A stretch of 63,242 bases of DNA, filler included, from Octopus bimaculoides (lineage: Eukaryota): assembly GCF_001194135.2 (NCBI RefSeq). It is 6 parts of 6 records of this genome, joined end to end, with 100 filler letters (N's around TTAATTAATTAA, not from the genome) between each part and the next. Parts side by side here need not be neighbours in the genome. Positions count along the whole stretch, not along the records: positions 1 to 15,415 come from NC_068994.1; 5 more parts are not named here. One strand, given 5' to 3'. The notes under the pieces are model-generated. The model had not been told where the DNA came from. It did no database searches and saw nothing but the letters and a program-made list of their open reading frames with translations. This document shows, one piece after another, positions 1 through 13,700 of this stretch (the first letter of the stretch is position 1; each line of letters begins with the position of its first letter). A program made the position numbers and the translations under genes.

Positions 1-534
1 TTTATCTTTACGACGGGCTTCTTTCTGTTTCTGTCCACCAAATATATTCACAAGATTTTGGCTGACTCGAGTTTATAGTAGAATACACTAGCCAAAGGTG
101 CCATGTAGTAGGTTTGAACCCGAGACCGTGTGGTTGGGATACAAACTTCTTAACCCGCAGCTACTCCTGCGCCTATATTTACCATAGGTAAATGTGTGTG
201 TGTGTGGGGGGGGGTGCGTGTGCGTGCGTGTCAGTTTTTGATACGTCAAGTTACGTACGGACCCACATTGTAACAAATGCAACAACAGTGAAATAACACG
301 ATATTCCTTGACGAAAAGAAGGATAGTCTTTTTTTATTTCCTTTAATAATCCATTCCTTTCTTACTCGCATTTTCGTACAGTTTAGTGTCGGGTCACCGC
401 TGATCGAGCAGAATTCTTATTTCAAAAAGACGCTTCACATTTGACTCTCCCATCTCCTTTTGGTGTTGATGTGGAGTATAACATTATCGATGGTGCCCTT
501 AATAATTTATAGAAGTGTGTTACCGTTTATCGTT

Positions 535-935
535 CACTTGTTTCAGTCATTAGACTGTGGCCATGCTGGGGCACTACCTTGAAGAATTTTTAGTCAAATG
601 AATTGACCCTAGTACTTAATTTTTAAAGCCTGGAACTTATTCTTTTGGTCCCTTGTGCCGGACCGCTAAATTACGGGGACGTAAACACACCAACACCGGT
701 GGTGAGGGACAAATGGTGTTGGGACAAACGGTGCTGGGGGATAAACAAAGACACGCACTCACACACACACACTCAGACGACGGGCTTCTTTCAGTTTCCA
801 TCAACCAAATCCACTCACAGCGCTTTGCTTGACCCGAGAATCATAGTAGGAGACACTTGCCCAAGGTGCTACGCAGTGGGATTGAACCAAGAATCATGTG
901 GTTCGAAACCAAACTTCTTGCCCAAAAGCCACGCC
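535..935 (-). mobile_element. SINE family A
   Basis: Reverse-complement similarity to 16731-17125. A head-only copy is at 11-161. Confidence 0.8.
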
Positions 936-1239
936 GTGGTATTTTTAAAAGGATTTGGCTACTATTTCTAGCAAAGACTGGCTATCACAGGCAGGCTCTA
1001 GCGTTGGTTCAGGGTAGTTTTCGTGAATAAATGTCACTGTTATGTATACTGAGTGGCTACCACTAATGAGGACAGAAAGAAATGAGTCGGGAAGAATATG
1101 TAAGATATATATATATATATATAATGGAGAATAATACTTCTAATTTTTGAATTAATGATCCGTCATACTTGAATACATACACACACCCATTCATACAAGC
1201 ATACATATGCAACTCCGCTCACACACGCATGCACACATA

Positions 1240-1253
1240 AACATAGACATGTG

Positions 1254-1294
<41 letters not shown>

Positions 1295-1514
1295 CATGTT
1301 TATCATTTTGTCCATGTTGTTTTGCAACGTCATGTACCTAGATATGTATCTATATGTACATGTAGACGAAGGTTTGTACATACATGTACATATATATGCA
1401 TATACTCATATATTGTCTATATATATATATATATATATATATACATACACACTCAAACATTTCATCTAGAGAGAGAAAAGGAGATAGAAAGAAAAAGAGA
1501 GAAAGAAAGAAAGG

Positions 1515-1572
<58 letters not shown>

Positions 1573-1713
1573 TAGATATAAATATATACATATGAATAGA
1601 GATAGATAGACAGCTATATATATAGATATACGTACATATGTAAATATAATTTATATATATATATATATATATGTGTGTGTTAGTGTGTGTATGCATGTGT
1701 TTGTACATATACG

Positions 1714-1755
<42 letters not shown>

Positions 1756-1785
1756 CCCATACACACATACACACANNNNNNNNNN

Positions 1786-1832
<47 letters not shown>

Positions 1833-1880
1833 CACACACACAGATGTGTGTGTGTGTGTGTGAGTGTTTATACCCACATA
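1240..1880. repeat. Compound microsatellite (CA, TA, AAAG, GATA, TG)
   Basis: Visible directly in the sequence. Confidence 0.95.
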
Positions 1881-4354
1881 TACACACATAGCAAATGTGC
1901 GTCCAATAATCAATTTATAATTAGAGTAAGTTGGAAGAAAAAACAGGTGTTTTTTTCTACACTTCCACACCCATCTACACCAAAATCATTGCAAAAATTA
2001 CTTTGAGTGCATGAACCTTGAAAACCGATATACATACATCGAAGTATAAATATGTATGTGTGTATGTGCGTATTTATATATACCTATACATACACATATA
2101 CATACGCACGCACGCACAAACACGCATGAACACACATGTACTTATGCATGCAAATGTGTACGCATATAAGCTCTCTCTCCCCCTTGCTCTATACACACAC
2201 ATATATGTATATATTTATTAAGCACATATATAGATGTATATATATATATTTATANNNNNNNNNNNNNNNNNNNNNNNNNNNNNNNNNNNNNNNNNNNNNN
2301 NNNNNNNNNNNNNNNNNNNNNNNNNNNNNNNNNNNNNNNNNNNNNNNNNNNNNNNNNNNNNNNNNNNNNNNNNNNNNNNNNNNNNNNNNNNNNNNNNNNN
2401 NNNNNNNNNNNNNNNNNNNNNNNNNNNNNNNNNNNNNNNNNNNNNNNNNNNNNNNNNNNNNNNNNNNNNNNNNNNNNNNNNNNNNNNNNNNNNNNNNNNN
2501 NNNNNNNNNNNNNNNNNNNNNNNNNNNNNNNNNNNNNNNNNNNNNNNNNNNNNNNNNNNNNNNNNNNNNNNNNNNNNNNNNNNNNNNNNNNNNNNNNNNN
2601 NNNNNNNNNNNNNNNNNNNNNNNNNNNNNNNNNNNNNNNNNNNNNNNNNNNNNNNNNNNNNNNNNNNNNNNNNNNNNNNNNNNNNNNNNNNNNNNNNNNN
2701 NNNNNNNNNNNNNNNNNNNNNNNNNNNNNNNNNNNNNNNNNNNNNNNNNNNNNNNNNNNNNNNNNNNNNNNNNNNNNNNNNNNNNNNGATCTTATATATA
2801 CCGGAGTAAGCACATGAAATGTGCAACAAGGTGGAAAAAAGAGTACTCAAATACCAGAGGTAGAGTAATATGCTTTATTTAAAAGCAGCAGAAATATAAC
2901 AAAAAAACCGTTACTCTCAGAGTATATATATATAGATAGAGTGAGGATGAGAGAGAGAGAGAGGCAGATACATATATACATGCATACACACATACGTAAA
3001 TAAATGTCTGGGTGTTTGTAGGAGTGAATGTGTGTTGTGTGTTGTGTGTTTGTGTGTTTGTTTGTTTGTTTGTTTGTGTGTGTGTGCGTGTGTGTGCACG
3101 CGCGCCCCAGAATCTATAACATTCTTACTTTCTTTATTCAATATAAGGCACTTCCAATTTCGGCTGCCAGTGTTTCATACTTTGTCTACCAGACGCATGT
3201 AATGGGCGAGGAGGACATGTTTAAGTTTGATATCATTGCTGTGGAATTGTGGAGACGGTACCAGAGAAGGACTCGTTGTGTGACGACGATGTGGTCTTCA
3301 GTTCTTCAACGTAGGACAAAGGACATGAGGATCCCAGCTGGGACACCTCTGGTCATAGGTCTGTCAACTTGATAACAACATTAACAACACTGACAGCAAC
3401 AACAATAGCAACAGAACAACAACAAAACAAAAATAACAAGAACACTCAAAGAGCGCAAACCTCCTCCAAGGTAACACCAACGTCCTCTCAACAATTAGCC
3501 AGAGGTGATTTTTAAAATGAGAATATCTGAAATAAACTCGACTGCTCTCACAAATGAGAATACCCAAAACGAACCCGACTGCTCTCAAAAATTAAGTAAA
3601 AAAAAAAAAAAAGGGGGAAAATAATCCGGAATCCTTGTCCGGTACTGAATCGATCCNNNNNNNNNNNNNNNNNNNNNNNNNNNNNNNNNNNNNNNNNNNN
3701 NNNNNNNNNNNNNNNNNNNNNNNNNNNNNNNNNNNNNNNNNNNNNNNNNNNNNNNNNNNNNNNNNNNNNNNNNNNNNNNNNNNNNNNNNNNNNNNNNNNN
3801 NNNNNNNNNNNNNNNNNNNNNNNNNNNNNNNNNNNNNNNNNNNNNNNNNNNNNNNNNNNNNNNNNNNNNNNNNNNNNNNNNNNNNNNNNNNNNNNNNNNN
3901 NNNNNNNNNNNNNNNNNNNNNNNNNNNNNNNNNNNNNNNNNNNNNNNNNNNNNNNNNNNNNNNNNNNNNNNNNNNNNNNNNNNNNNNNNNNNNNNNNNNN
4001 NNNNNNNNNNNNNNNNNNNNNNNNNNNNNNNNNNNNNNNNNNNNNNNNNNNNNNNNNNNNNNNNNNNNNNNNNNNNNNNNNNNNNNNNNNNNNNNNNNNN
4101 NNNNNNNNNNNNNNNNNNNNNNNNNNNNNNNNNNNNNNNNNNNNNNNNNNNNNNNNNNNNNNNNNNNNNNNNNNNNNNNNNNNNNNNNNNNNNNNNNNNN
4201 NNNNNNNNNNNNNNNNNNNNNNNNNNNNNNNNNNNNNNNNNNNNNNNNNNNNNNNNNNNNNNNNNNNNNNNNNNNNNNNNNNNNNNNNNNNNNNNNNNNN
4301 NNNNNNNNNNNNNNNNNNNNNNNNNNNNNNNNNNNNNNNNNNNNNNNNNNNNNN

Positions 4355-4900
4355 GGATGAAAGGCAACGTCAGCCTCCGTGGGATTTCGAACTCAGACTT
4401 AAATGCGAACGAAATGCCGCTAAGCATTTTGCCTGGCACGTTATGCATTCTGCCAGCTCACCGTATTATTGGTTTTTATTTTTAGCACAAAGCCAGCAAT
4501 TTCGGAGTTGGGGACTATACAGTGATATTGACTCCCAGTACTCAACTGGTACTTATTTTATCGAGCCCGAAAAGATGAAAAAGGAAGTCGACCTCGGCGG
4601 AATTTGAACTCAGGACGTAAAGAAAGATGAAGTGCCACTAAGCAATTTGCTCGCAGTGCTAACAATTCTTATTTCATTATTGCCTACTAGGGGCTAAGCA
4701 TAGAAGGGACAAACAAGCACTGGCAAAGGGATTAAGTCGATCACATAGACCCCAATGCGAAACTGGTACTTAATTTATCGATCCCGAAAGGATAAAAGGC
4801 AAAGTCGACCTCGGCAGAATTTGAACTCGGAACGTCAAGACACACGAAATACCGCTAAGCATTTCGCCCGGCGTGCTAACGTTTCTGCCAGTTCGCCGCC
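4355..4900 (-). mobile_element. Cluster of partial SINE family B copies (Meta-like central domain)
   Basis: Repeated aaggcaaagtcgacctcggcggaatttgaactc...gctaagcatttcgcccggcgtgctaacg. Confidence 0.75.
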
Positions 4901-5029
4901 TTCAGCAACAGCATTAATAACAACAACAATAACACAGCCATCACCATCACCACCACTCACGACAACAACAACAACAGCAAAATCAATAACATCAATAATA
5001 CAAGCAACAACAACAACAGTATGCTTTTA

Positions 5030-5510
5030 CATGTTTCAGTCATTTGACTGTGACCATGCTGGAGCACCACCTTAAAAGGTTTCAGTCGAACAAATAAACC
5101 CAGGATTTATTCTTTGTAAGACGAATACTTTTTCTATCGGTCTCTTTGCTGAACCACTAAGTTACAAGGGCGTATACACACCAATATCGGTTGTCAAGCG
5201 AATGGGGTGGGGGACAAACATACACACAAACACACACATAAATATACATACATACTTACATACATACATACATATATACATGTATATATATANNNNNNNN
5301 NNNNNNNNNNNNNNNNNNNNNNNNNNNNNNNNNNNNNNNNNNNNNNNNNNNNNNNNNNNNNNNNNNNNNNNNNNNNNNATATATATATGTATATACGACG
5401 AGCTACTTTCAGTTTCCGTCTACCAAATCCAAACACAAGGCTTTGGTCAGCCAAAGGCTTAGAGTAGAGGGCACCTGCTGTAGGTGCCACGCAGTCGGAC
5501 TGAATCCGGA
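5030..5510 (-). mobile_element. SINE family A (spans a gap)
   Basis: Same head, core and tail as 16731-17125. Confidence 0.75.
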
Positions 5511-5574
5511 AACAATATGGAAGACTTCAAGTATAGGGAACACAGAATCGGGAGCTTGTAAAATAATTATGGCA

Positions 5575-5620
<46 letters not shown>

Positions 5621-5864
5621 TGTAGTTGGTGTTGTTGTTGTTGTTGTTTAGTCCTCGTTCAGTCCGAATCGGGCAGACCTTTGTATGGCATGTACGGTAA
5701 AGAGTCTTGGTAGCTAAAGACTGAGCGTGCAATTTAAATAACGGTAGCCATAGAATTGATGTAATATGTGTGTATGTGTGTGCGTAGTAAAAACCTACCT
5801 AGACACATGACTTCACAGCTAGAAACTGCTAGTAGCTCGTATCTTTATACTGTGTGCACCAAAT

Positions 5865-5895
<31 letters not shown>

Positions 5896-6084
5896 ATAAT
5901 AAATGAGTAAATGCGTACATGTATGTACATACTTACATCTACCTGTATATATAGATGCATATCTGGGTACAGGACATTGCAACCAAAACGTAGACAAAAT
6001 GATAAACAAGTACAAAAAACACTCAAGCTACATAGAGAGCACTTCCTTCTTCAGCTGCCACCATTCAACACTGGTGTTTCGAGC

Positions 6085-6338
6085 GAAAGAGGAAGAGAGA
6101 GAGACTGAGTGAAAGAGAAAGAGAGAGAGAGACTGAGTGAAAGAGAGACAGAGACAGAGAGAGAGAGAGACTGAGTGAAAAAGGGAGAGAGAAAGATGTA
6201 TGTATCCTGATATCGAGCGACATTTTTTGCAAATTAAAAAATAATAATAAATAATCGAAATTATAAAGAAAGGGAAAAGTGCACCGAACTAAACACTCGA
6301 GCAAATTTCATTGTCTCACCTACTTTAGAGATAATAAT

Positions 6339-6373
<35 letters not shown>

Positions 6374-6700
6374 TAACAACAATAATAATAATAATAATAA
6401 TAATGACAAGAAGAAGAGTGGAATACAGATGTGGAAAGGAGGGGTGGCAGTGAGGAGGGGAAGCGGCGAAAACGATGACAAAGAAGAGGTAGAGTACGAG
6501 AGGAATAGTGGCAATGATGATGAGGATGATGGCGACGGTGATGATGTTGATGACGTCGATGATGATGATGATGGTGATGTTGATAATAATGATGATGATG
6601 AGGGGGGGGAGGGAGAGAAGGAGGAAGGATGGTGTTCATCATGATTATGATGAAGATGTTGACGATGACGACGATGATGTCGATGATGATGATGATTGTC
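6085..6700. repeat. Compound microsatellites (GA, AAT, GAT)
   Basis: Visible directly in the sequence. Confidence 0.9.
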
Positions 6701-7026
6701 TATAATGAAAAGCAAACACGGGTGTCTTGTGTTTGCAATTTTCTCCTGTTCAATCCGTGGATAATCTATTTTCCATGTTTCTGAAGATGGATTATAAATC
6801 TGATTAAAATAGGAAAAAAGAGGGGATTATTGAGACTCAAAGATAACTGTCAATCAATTGTATTCTTTCAATTCGAACGCACACACAAACACATACACAC
6901 GCACGCACACACAGACACACACACAGACACACGGAAATAACCGTACATTCATATACACATATGTACGTAGCACAAACACATACACACATACATACATACA
7001 TACATACACATATTCACACACCACAC

Positions 7027-7060
<34 letters not shown>

Positions 7061-8145
7061 ATATATATATATATATANNNNNNNNNNNNNNNNNNNNNNN
7101 NNNNNNNNNNNNNNNNNNNNNNNNNNNNNNNNNNNNNNNNNNNNNNNNNNNNNNNNNNNNNNNNNNNNNNNNNNNNNNNNNNNNNNNNNNNNNNNNNNAT
7201 ATATATGGTTTATAAATCTCTGTGAGTATATATGCATACATATGCGTGCGTGCAACTGTATATAAGCATATGTAGGTATAAAAGCCTCTGTTCCTGTCTG
7301 CCTGTCTGCCTGTCTATCTGTCTGTCTGTCTGTGTGTCTGTTTCTCTATCTATCTATCTTTCCTCGTATATACGCATATAGATACATATATATATATGTG
7401 TGTGTATACATACACACACACATATATATACATACATATACATGCATAAATATATGTATCTGTTTATAGATATGCACACACAGAGACACACACAAACACG
7501 CACACCCAGACACGTATATAAACGTACGTAGCTAGATATGCCATTGCGTAAACTGAAATGCCACAGTCTTTTTGTTTATGAAAGTACATAAATTTTCATT
7601 CACATTGATAAGTAAACAGAGTACAAAATATAAATTATATATAAACAATCAGTGTACTATACAGAATCACATGTGCAGCGGCGAAATTTGCACACACGAA
7701 CGACATATATGTTCATGTATATATGTACACACACACACATATATATATATATATGTACGTACAGGGATGTATGTATATATCTTTTATAAACTGTTTGCCT
7801 TTGTCGATTGTTTACTCTGTACCTCCACTCTGTCGTTGTTTGTTCGTTCGAAGCTCTAACTCTCCATGAATTTTATGTTTTTTTTTTAAATTCTGGATGC
7901 TGCTGTCTTATGAAGTCCCCTATATTGTCGTTAAAAGCATGAAATAGGAGTAATAAACAGTCCGACAACCGATGAGGAGTTATCTTCTCTTAGTGTTTTG
8001 TCCTGTACTTTTCTCTCGTGTGCGTACGTATTTTACCTCATTGATGATGTCCTGTACACAATGTGTATTTTTCATTTTATTTATTCATAATGTGGCGTTG
8101 TTAGCAAACTCCTCCTACATCGTTTCATTGATTTTGATGAAACTT

Positions 8146-8575
8146 GTCACGTGAGTAGAACTCATGTCCAGAAACGTCGTGACATACTTAGATTCTTGAA
8201 AAAATCGATAATACGGCTCCTGGAAGTGATCTTTATAACTACCTCATACAACTAATTGTTTTTGTAAACACCCAAGGGAAATAATCCATAGCATCTGTAC
8301 AATATATTTTTTTAAACACTCAAGGGAAATAACCCATTTCATTGTTTATGTTCGATTACCTTGCATATTGATTTTTTCTGTGTCCTATTTCTAATTTTTG
8401 CAACCAATATCACTTTTATACTTTATTTGACACGTGAGAAGAATTCATGTCTGGAAACCTCGTGACATACTTAGATTGTAGAAAAAAATCGATAATAGGG
8501 CCCTTCCAATGGATCCTTCTATCTACTACATATTGCTAATATTTTATTTAAACAACCCAAGGGAAATAACCCATA
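8146..8575 (+). repeat. Two-copy tandem repeat (about 283-bp period) carrying hammerhead-like remnants
   Basis: gtcacgtgagtagaactcatgtccagaaacgtcgtgacatacttagatt and gacacgtgagaagaattcatgtctggaaacctcgtgacatacttagatt, plus a repeated caagggaaataa. Confidence 0.7.
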
Positions 8576-9834
8576 CCACTTGCAGATTTTAGCGAAGCGA
8601 TCAATATTTGATTCTCACGATCAGCCGACCTAATTCTGCATTTCACTACTCACAGTTTTGAACTGCTGAACATTATTATTGCGCTTTCTTAATTCGACTC
8701 TTAAACATTAAAGACTTCATTCATACATTTCTATACATACATTCTTTTCTGACTGCCCATAACTCCGATAATTCTACATTTTTACAGTTACACTTTTTCC
8801 ATGACAGTAGATAAATTTTTTATTCCACAAAGTATTTGTAGTGGATTCATACAGGCATAGCGTGGATTCGATCCTCGATTGTCAAATTTCATTTAACACT
8901 TCAACAGCGCTTTTCTTACGGTAAAACAATAGTTTTTCTGTGAATGACAGCAGTTATACATTTCCAGTCCACTCAGCTAGTAAAATGATTTGTATATGTA
9001 GTTCAAAGGACACGCCTTGCCACATTCTGCGTCTTGCTGAACTTCCCCGAAAATTACGTTAAGAGTACGCGTGTCTGTGAAGTGCATAACCACTTGCACG
9101 TTAATTACATGAGCTGGCTTTTCCGTTGATCGGATCAACTGCTATCCCCGTCATCACAACCACCGGAGTACCAGTTAGATGTATGCGTCACGGGATTTCT
9201 CCTGTATATTTTATACTTTAGGTTTCACTCATTGGATAGGAGCCATATATATATATATATATATATATACATGCATACATATATATGTATTCAAACAAAT
9301 ATGCGTACAGNNNNNNNNNNNNNNNNNNNNNNNNNNNNNNNNNNNNNNNNNNNNNNNNNNNNNNNNNNNNNNNNNNNNNNNNNNNNNNNNNNNNNNNNNN
9401 NNNNNNNNNNNNNNNNNNNNNNNNNNNNNNNNNNNNNNNNNNNNNNNNNNNNNNNNNNNNNNNNNNNNNNNNNNNNNNNNNNNNNNNNNNNNNNNNNNNN
9501 NNNNNNNNNNNNNNNNNNNNNNNNNNNNNNNNNNNNNNNNNNNNNNNNNNNNNNNNNNNNNNNNNNNNNNNNNNNNNNNNNNNNNNNNNNNNNNNNNNNN
9601 NNNNNNNNNNNNNNNNNNNNNNNNNNNNNNNNNNNNNNNNNNNNNNNNNNNNNNNNNNNNNNNNNNNNNNNNNNNNNNNNNNNNNNNNNNNNNNNNNNNN
9701 NNNNNNNNNNNNNNNNNNNNNNNNNNNNNNNNNNNNNNNNNNNNNNNNNNNNNNNNNNNNNNNNNNNNNNNNNNNNNNNNNNNNNNNNNNNNNNNNNNNN
9801 NNNNNNNNNNNNNNNNNNNNNNNNNNNNNNNNNN

Positions 9835-9871
<37 letters not shown>

Positions 9872-9894
9872 ATTCAGGTAATATTACGTCTGAC

Positions 9895-10110
9895 TAAGGT
9901 GGTGGACTAACAGAATTGTGAGCATGCCGGGAAAAATACTTAGCGGCATTTCGTCCGTCTGTATATTGTGAGCCCAAATTCCGTCGAGGTGGACTTTGCT
10001 TTATATTCTTTTGGGTTCGATAATATAAGTACCAGTTTAACACTGAGGTTCGATGTAATCGACTTATCGCGATCCAGATCTTGCTGGCTTTGTGCCAAAA
10101 TTTGAAATCC
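9895..10110 (+). mobile_element. SINE family B
   Basis: aaggtggtggactaacagaattgtgagc..., a B-box-like element, core, and tail ttgtgccaaaatttgaa. Further plus-strand copies lie at 12826-13015, 13250-13440, 14227-14450, 43545-43685 and 59505-59645. Confidence 0.7.
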
Positions 10111-10561
10111 ATATTACGTCTGATTGACGTAAAGTAATACGTACAAACAGGTAGTACTCAAGCCGACTTGTCTAAACTCCTACTTGAATTCCACTTTAAA
10201 ATGCACGGATGTTATAGCTGCCTAATGATGACTGGCTATCAGCAGTGTTTAAATCGTGCAGGTATATATATATAAGAGAATAGAGTATAAATAGGAAAAC
10301 AGCTGGTATCAGGTTAGATGATATTATTTGAGCATTTAAACATTGACATAGCATAAGATTGCAATTCAATGTTACAGGAGTTTAGAACACGTGAGGTCGA
10401 CAAAATGTCACTTGAGGAATATTCGTAATGTTAAGAGATTAAGCTAATATTTCATAACAGTTACGCAGTAAGTCCGAATTATTGGTATTTGGTAAAGCTG
10501 GTAATCGTGGGTAGAATCCAGTGCTGGATAACAAGAGAGATGGAAGGGAGGCAGAAGGTGA

Positions 10562-10700
10562 GCAGATAGTCTCTTACAGCTATTTCAAGAATAGATGTGC
10601 AGATGGTGAGTTTCCCTACGGACGATCGGCGGCCAACATAGGAACTATGTTTACACCATCTGCAGATCTATATTTGAAGCATCTGTAAGCGACTATCTGC
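10562..10700. repeat. 139-bp imperfect inverted repeat (MITE-like)
   Basis: gcagatagtctcttacagctatttcaagaatagatgtgcagatggtg pairs with caccatctgcagatctatatttgaagcatctgtaagcgactatctgc. Confidence 0.8.
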
Positions 10701-11029
10701 ACACTTCCTTCCTTCCTTCCTTCCTTCCTTCCTTCCTTCCTCTTTTCTTCTCATCCAGCTTCGGATTCTTCTTACGATGACAAGCTTTACCTAATAGAAA
10801 TAATTTGGATTTAACGCTTATCTGTCCTGTAAGTGATTAGCATATACCGTTATGAACATTCCTTAACTGATCTTTTATTGACCTCGTGTGTTATAAACTC
10901 CTATAACATCCAATTACAACCTTATGCTATGTCAATGTTAAAATATACAAATATAATGCCTGATCTGACACCAGTTGTTAGGTTGTTCATACTTTTAGTC
11001 TATTATATGTATATTCTTTTATTCTTTTA

Positions 11030-11460
11030 CTTATTTCAGTCATTTGACTGCAGCCATGCTGGAGCACCATCTTAAAGGGTTTTTCAAGTCGAAGAAATCG
11101 ACCCCAGGATTTATTTTTTGTAAGCCAAGTACTTATTTCATCGGTCTCTTTTGCGAACAGCTAAGTTACGGGGACTTAGACACACCAACATCAGCTGTCA
11201 AGCGATGGTGGGAGGACAAAAATAGACACAACGACACACACATTCTTTTACTCTTTTATTCTTTTACTTGTTTTAGTCATATGATTGTGGCCATGCTGGA
11301 GCACCGCCTCTGAGTCGAAGACGTCGACCCCTGGACTTATTCCTTGTAAGCCTGATATTTATTCTATCGGTCTCTTTTGCCGAACAGTTGCTATTGTGCT
11401 ATGTTGTGGGGACGTAAACACAACATCGGTTGTCAAGCGATGGTGGGGAAACAACACAGA
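11030..11460 (-). mobile_element. Two stacked 3' halves of SINE family A
   Basis: The motif ttttactt(g/a)ttt(c/t)agtcat..gact/gattg..gccatgctggagcacc occurs twice (about 11030 and 11265). Confidence 0.75.
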
Positions 11461-11485
11461 CACAGACATAGACACAGACACACAG

Positions 11486-11527
<42 letters not shown>

Positions 11528-11528
11528 G

Positions 11529-12300
11529 CAGGGTGCGCTGGGCAAATTGTTGCCCTTTTACATTTTTAGTTTCGCGTATGCGCATTGTTCGTCTTTGACT
11601 CTGTTGACTACGCAGTATAGTAGGATCAGTTAGGCATCCTCTGAGAAAAACATCACCATTACGCAATTCACTCTGCTAGAAATTTGGAAACGACAAGCTA
11701 CACTGCTTGGCATTCGCGCCGGAAGCTCCAATACAAACACTTCAGAGTGTTTGGATGTCAGTCCGAGAACAGTGTCATTTGAGAACATGTACCAGGAGTG
11801 ATTACTAGTGATGGCGACGTTATGCCTCCATTCATCTTCCCACATGGCCTCAAACTCAACACAGAGGCTACATCAAGTGCTTGGAGAAGGTAGTGCTGCC
11901 CGGGTGAAGACGGTGCCTGTTGGAGGTCCCTATGTCTAGCATCAGGACTCTGCACCATTCCACACAAGCAGGTGAACCCAGACATGGCTGTCCCACAGTT
12001 TCTGCGTTCACCCCCTAAAATCTGTTCACCTAACTTCCCAGACTGCAACCCCTTTGATTATAATGTGTGGGACACAGTTGAGCCATAGACCAACAAAACT
12101 CGTTGTAACACCAAAGATGAACTGAAGGCAAGGATTATGGCAGTATTCACCAACTTCAGTGAGGAGACTGTCCAGAAGAGTTACAGGAGATTCCGAAGTC
12201 GCCTGGAGGCACTGGTTGAAGCCGATGGTGATTTTATTGAATAAATCTACTCTTCAGTATTTCAAGATATTTTTACGTAATTTTGGTAAATATATCTGTT
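11529..12300 (+). mobile_element. Degenerate, internally deleted Tc1/mariner element, maT (DD37D)-like
   Basis: It starts cagggtg. Broken frames read GVITSDGDVMPPFIFPHGLKLNT..., HQDSAPFHTS and SPNFPDCNPFDYNVWDTVE...RFRSRLEALVEADGDFIE*, with stops and frameshifts. Confidence 0.75.
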
Positions 12301-12304
12301 AAAA

Positions 12305-12346
<42 letters not shown>

Positions 12347-12759
12347 NNNNNNNNNNNNNNNNNNNNNNNNNNNNNNNNNNNNNNNNNNNNNNNNNNNNNN
12401 NNNNNNNNNNNNNNNNNNNNNNNNNNNNNNNNNNNNNNNNNNNNNNNNNNNNNNNNNNNNNNNNNNNNNNNNNNNNNNNNNNNNNNNNNNNNNNNNNNNN
12501 NNNNNNNNNNNNNNNNNNNNNNNNNNNNNNNNNNNNNNNNNNNNNNNNNNNNNNNNNNNNNNNNNNNNNNNNNNNNNNNNNNNNNNNNNNNNNNNNNNNN
12601 NNNNNNNNNNNNNNNNNNNNNNNNNNNNNNNNNNNNNNNNNNNNNNNNNNNNNNNNNNNNNNNNNNNNNNNNNNNNNNNNNNNNNNNNNNNNNNNNNNNN
12701 NNNNNNNNNNNNNNNNNNNNNNNNNNNNNNNNNNTATATAGATATATATATATATATAT

Positions 12760-12817
<58 letters not shown>

Positions 12818-13554
12818 TATGGGTCTCAAGGTAGCAAGCTGAGCACGCCTTGCAAAATACTGAGTGGCATTTCGTCTTTCTCTTCGTTTCGAGTTCAAAA
12901 TCCACCGAGGTCGATTTTGCCTTCCATCCTTTCGGGGTCGATAAAATAAATGGCAGTTGGACGAACACTTACCTCTAGCTCCGAAATTGCTGGCCTTGTG
13001 CCAAAATTTGAAAGCAGTAGAATATCAGTGATAAAACATCTTACATAGACTATACCTAACCTTAAAACTTTTTCCCATATAGAATTCGAGAAGGTGGTTG
13101 TTCGGCGATATTTCTTTCGGTTCTTTACAATCTGTGTTCTAATCTGAACCCCACCGACGCCAACTTTAATTTATATCCCTAAATCTTTATCTCAAGACTA
13201 ATAATTGTACTCGTAGACAGGCAACATTTTGTTTAATATTATAGAATTAGAAAGGGTGGTGGATCGGCGGTATTTCTTCCTGTTCTTAAACCTTGTGAGT
13301 TCAAATCCTGTCGAGGTCAACTTTGCCTTTCATCCCTTCAGGGGCTATTCAAACAGAGTACCAGAGTACCGGTTAAGAAGTGGAGTTGATAAAGTCGACT
13401 AAGCCCCATCCCCTTAAATCTACTAGCTTCGTGCTTAAATTAGGGATAACAAATTATAGAATTAGAAAGCAAATAGAAAATAATTAATGCTAATCAACTA
13501 CGTTGGCCCGCCTACATAATGTTTAGTTTGCAAATTTCGGTTCCTGCTTCTGCT

Positions 13555-13700
13555 AGTGATGATGTTGCTGTTGCATATTTCAGTTCCTGTTATTGCTGCT
13601 AGTGTTGCTGCTGCTGCTATTGTTGCTGCTGCCGCTGCTGCTGCTGTTGCTGTCGTCATCGTCGTCGTCGTCGTTGTTGTTGTTGTTGTTGTTGTTGACG
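13555..13700. repeat. GCT/GTC/GTT trinucleotide run
   Basis: Visible directly in the sequence. Confidence 0.9.

Noticed and set aside
1163-2221. ORFs of poly-YI, HT, CV and similar dipeptides (also elsewhere in the window)
   Set aside because: They are translations of (TA)n, (CA)n and (CATA)n microsatellites.
3028-3372. 114-aa plus-strand ORF with a GC-richer core
   Set aside because: It starts in a microsatellite, has no recognisable motif on either strand, and its splice signals are weak.
6279-6715. Poly-N/D/H ORFs
   Set aside because: AAT and GAT microsatellites.
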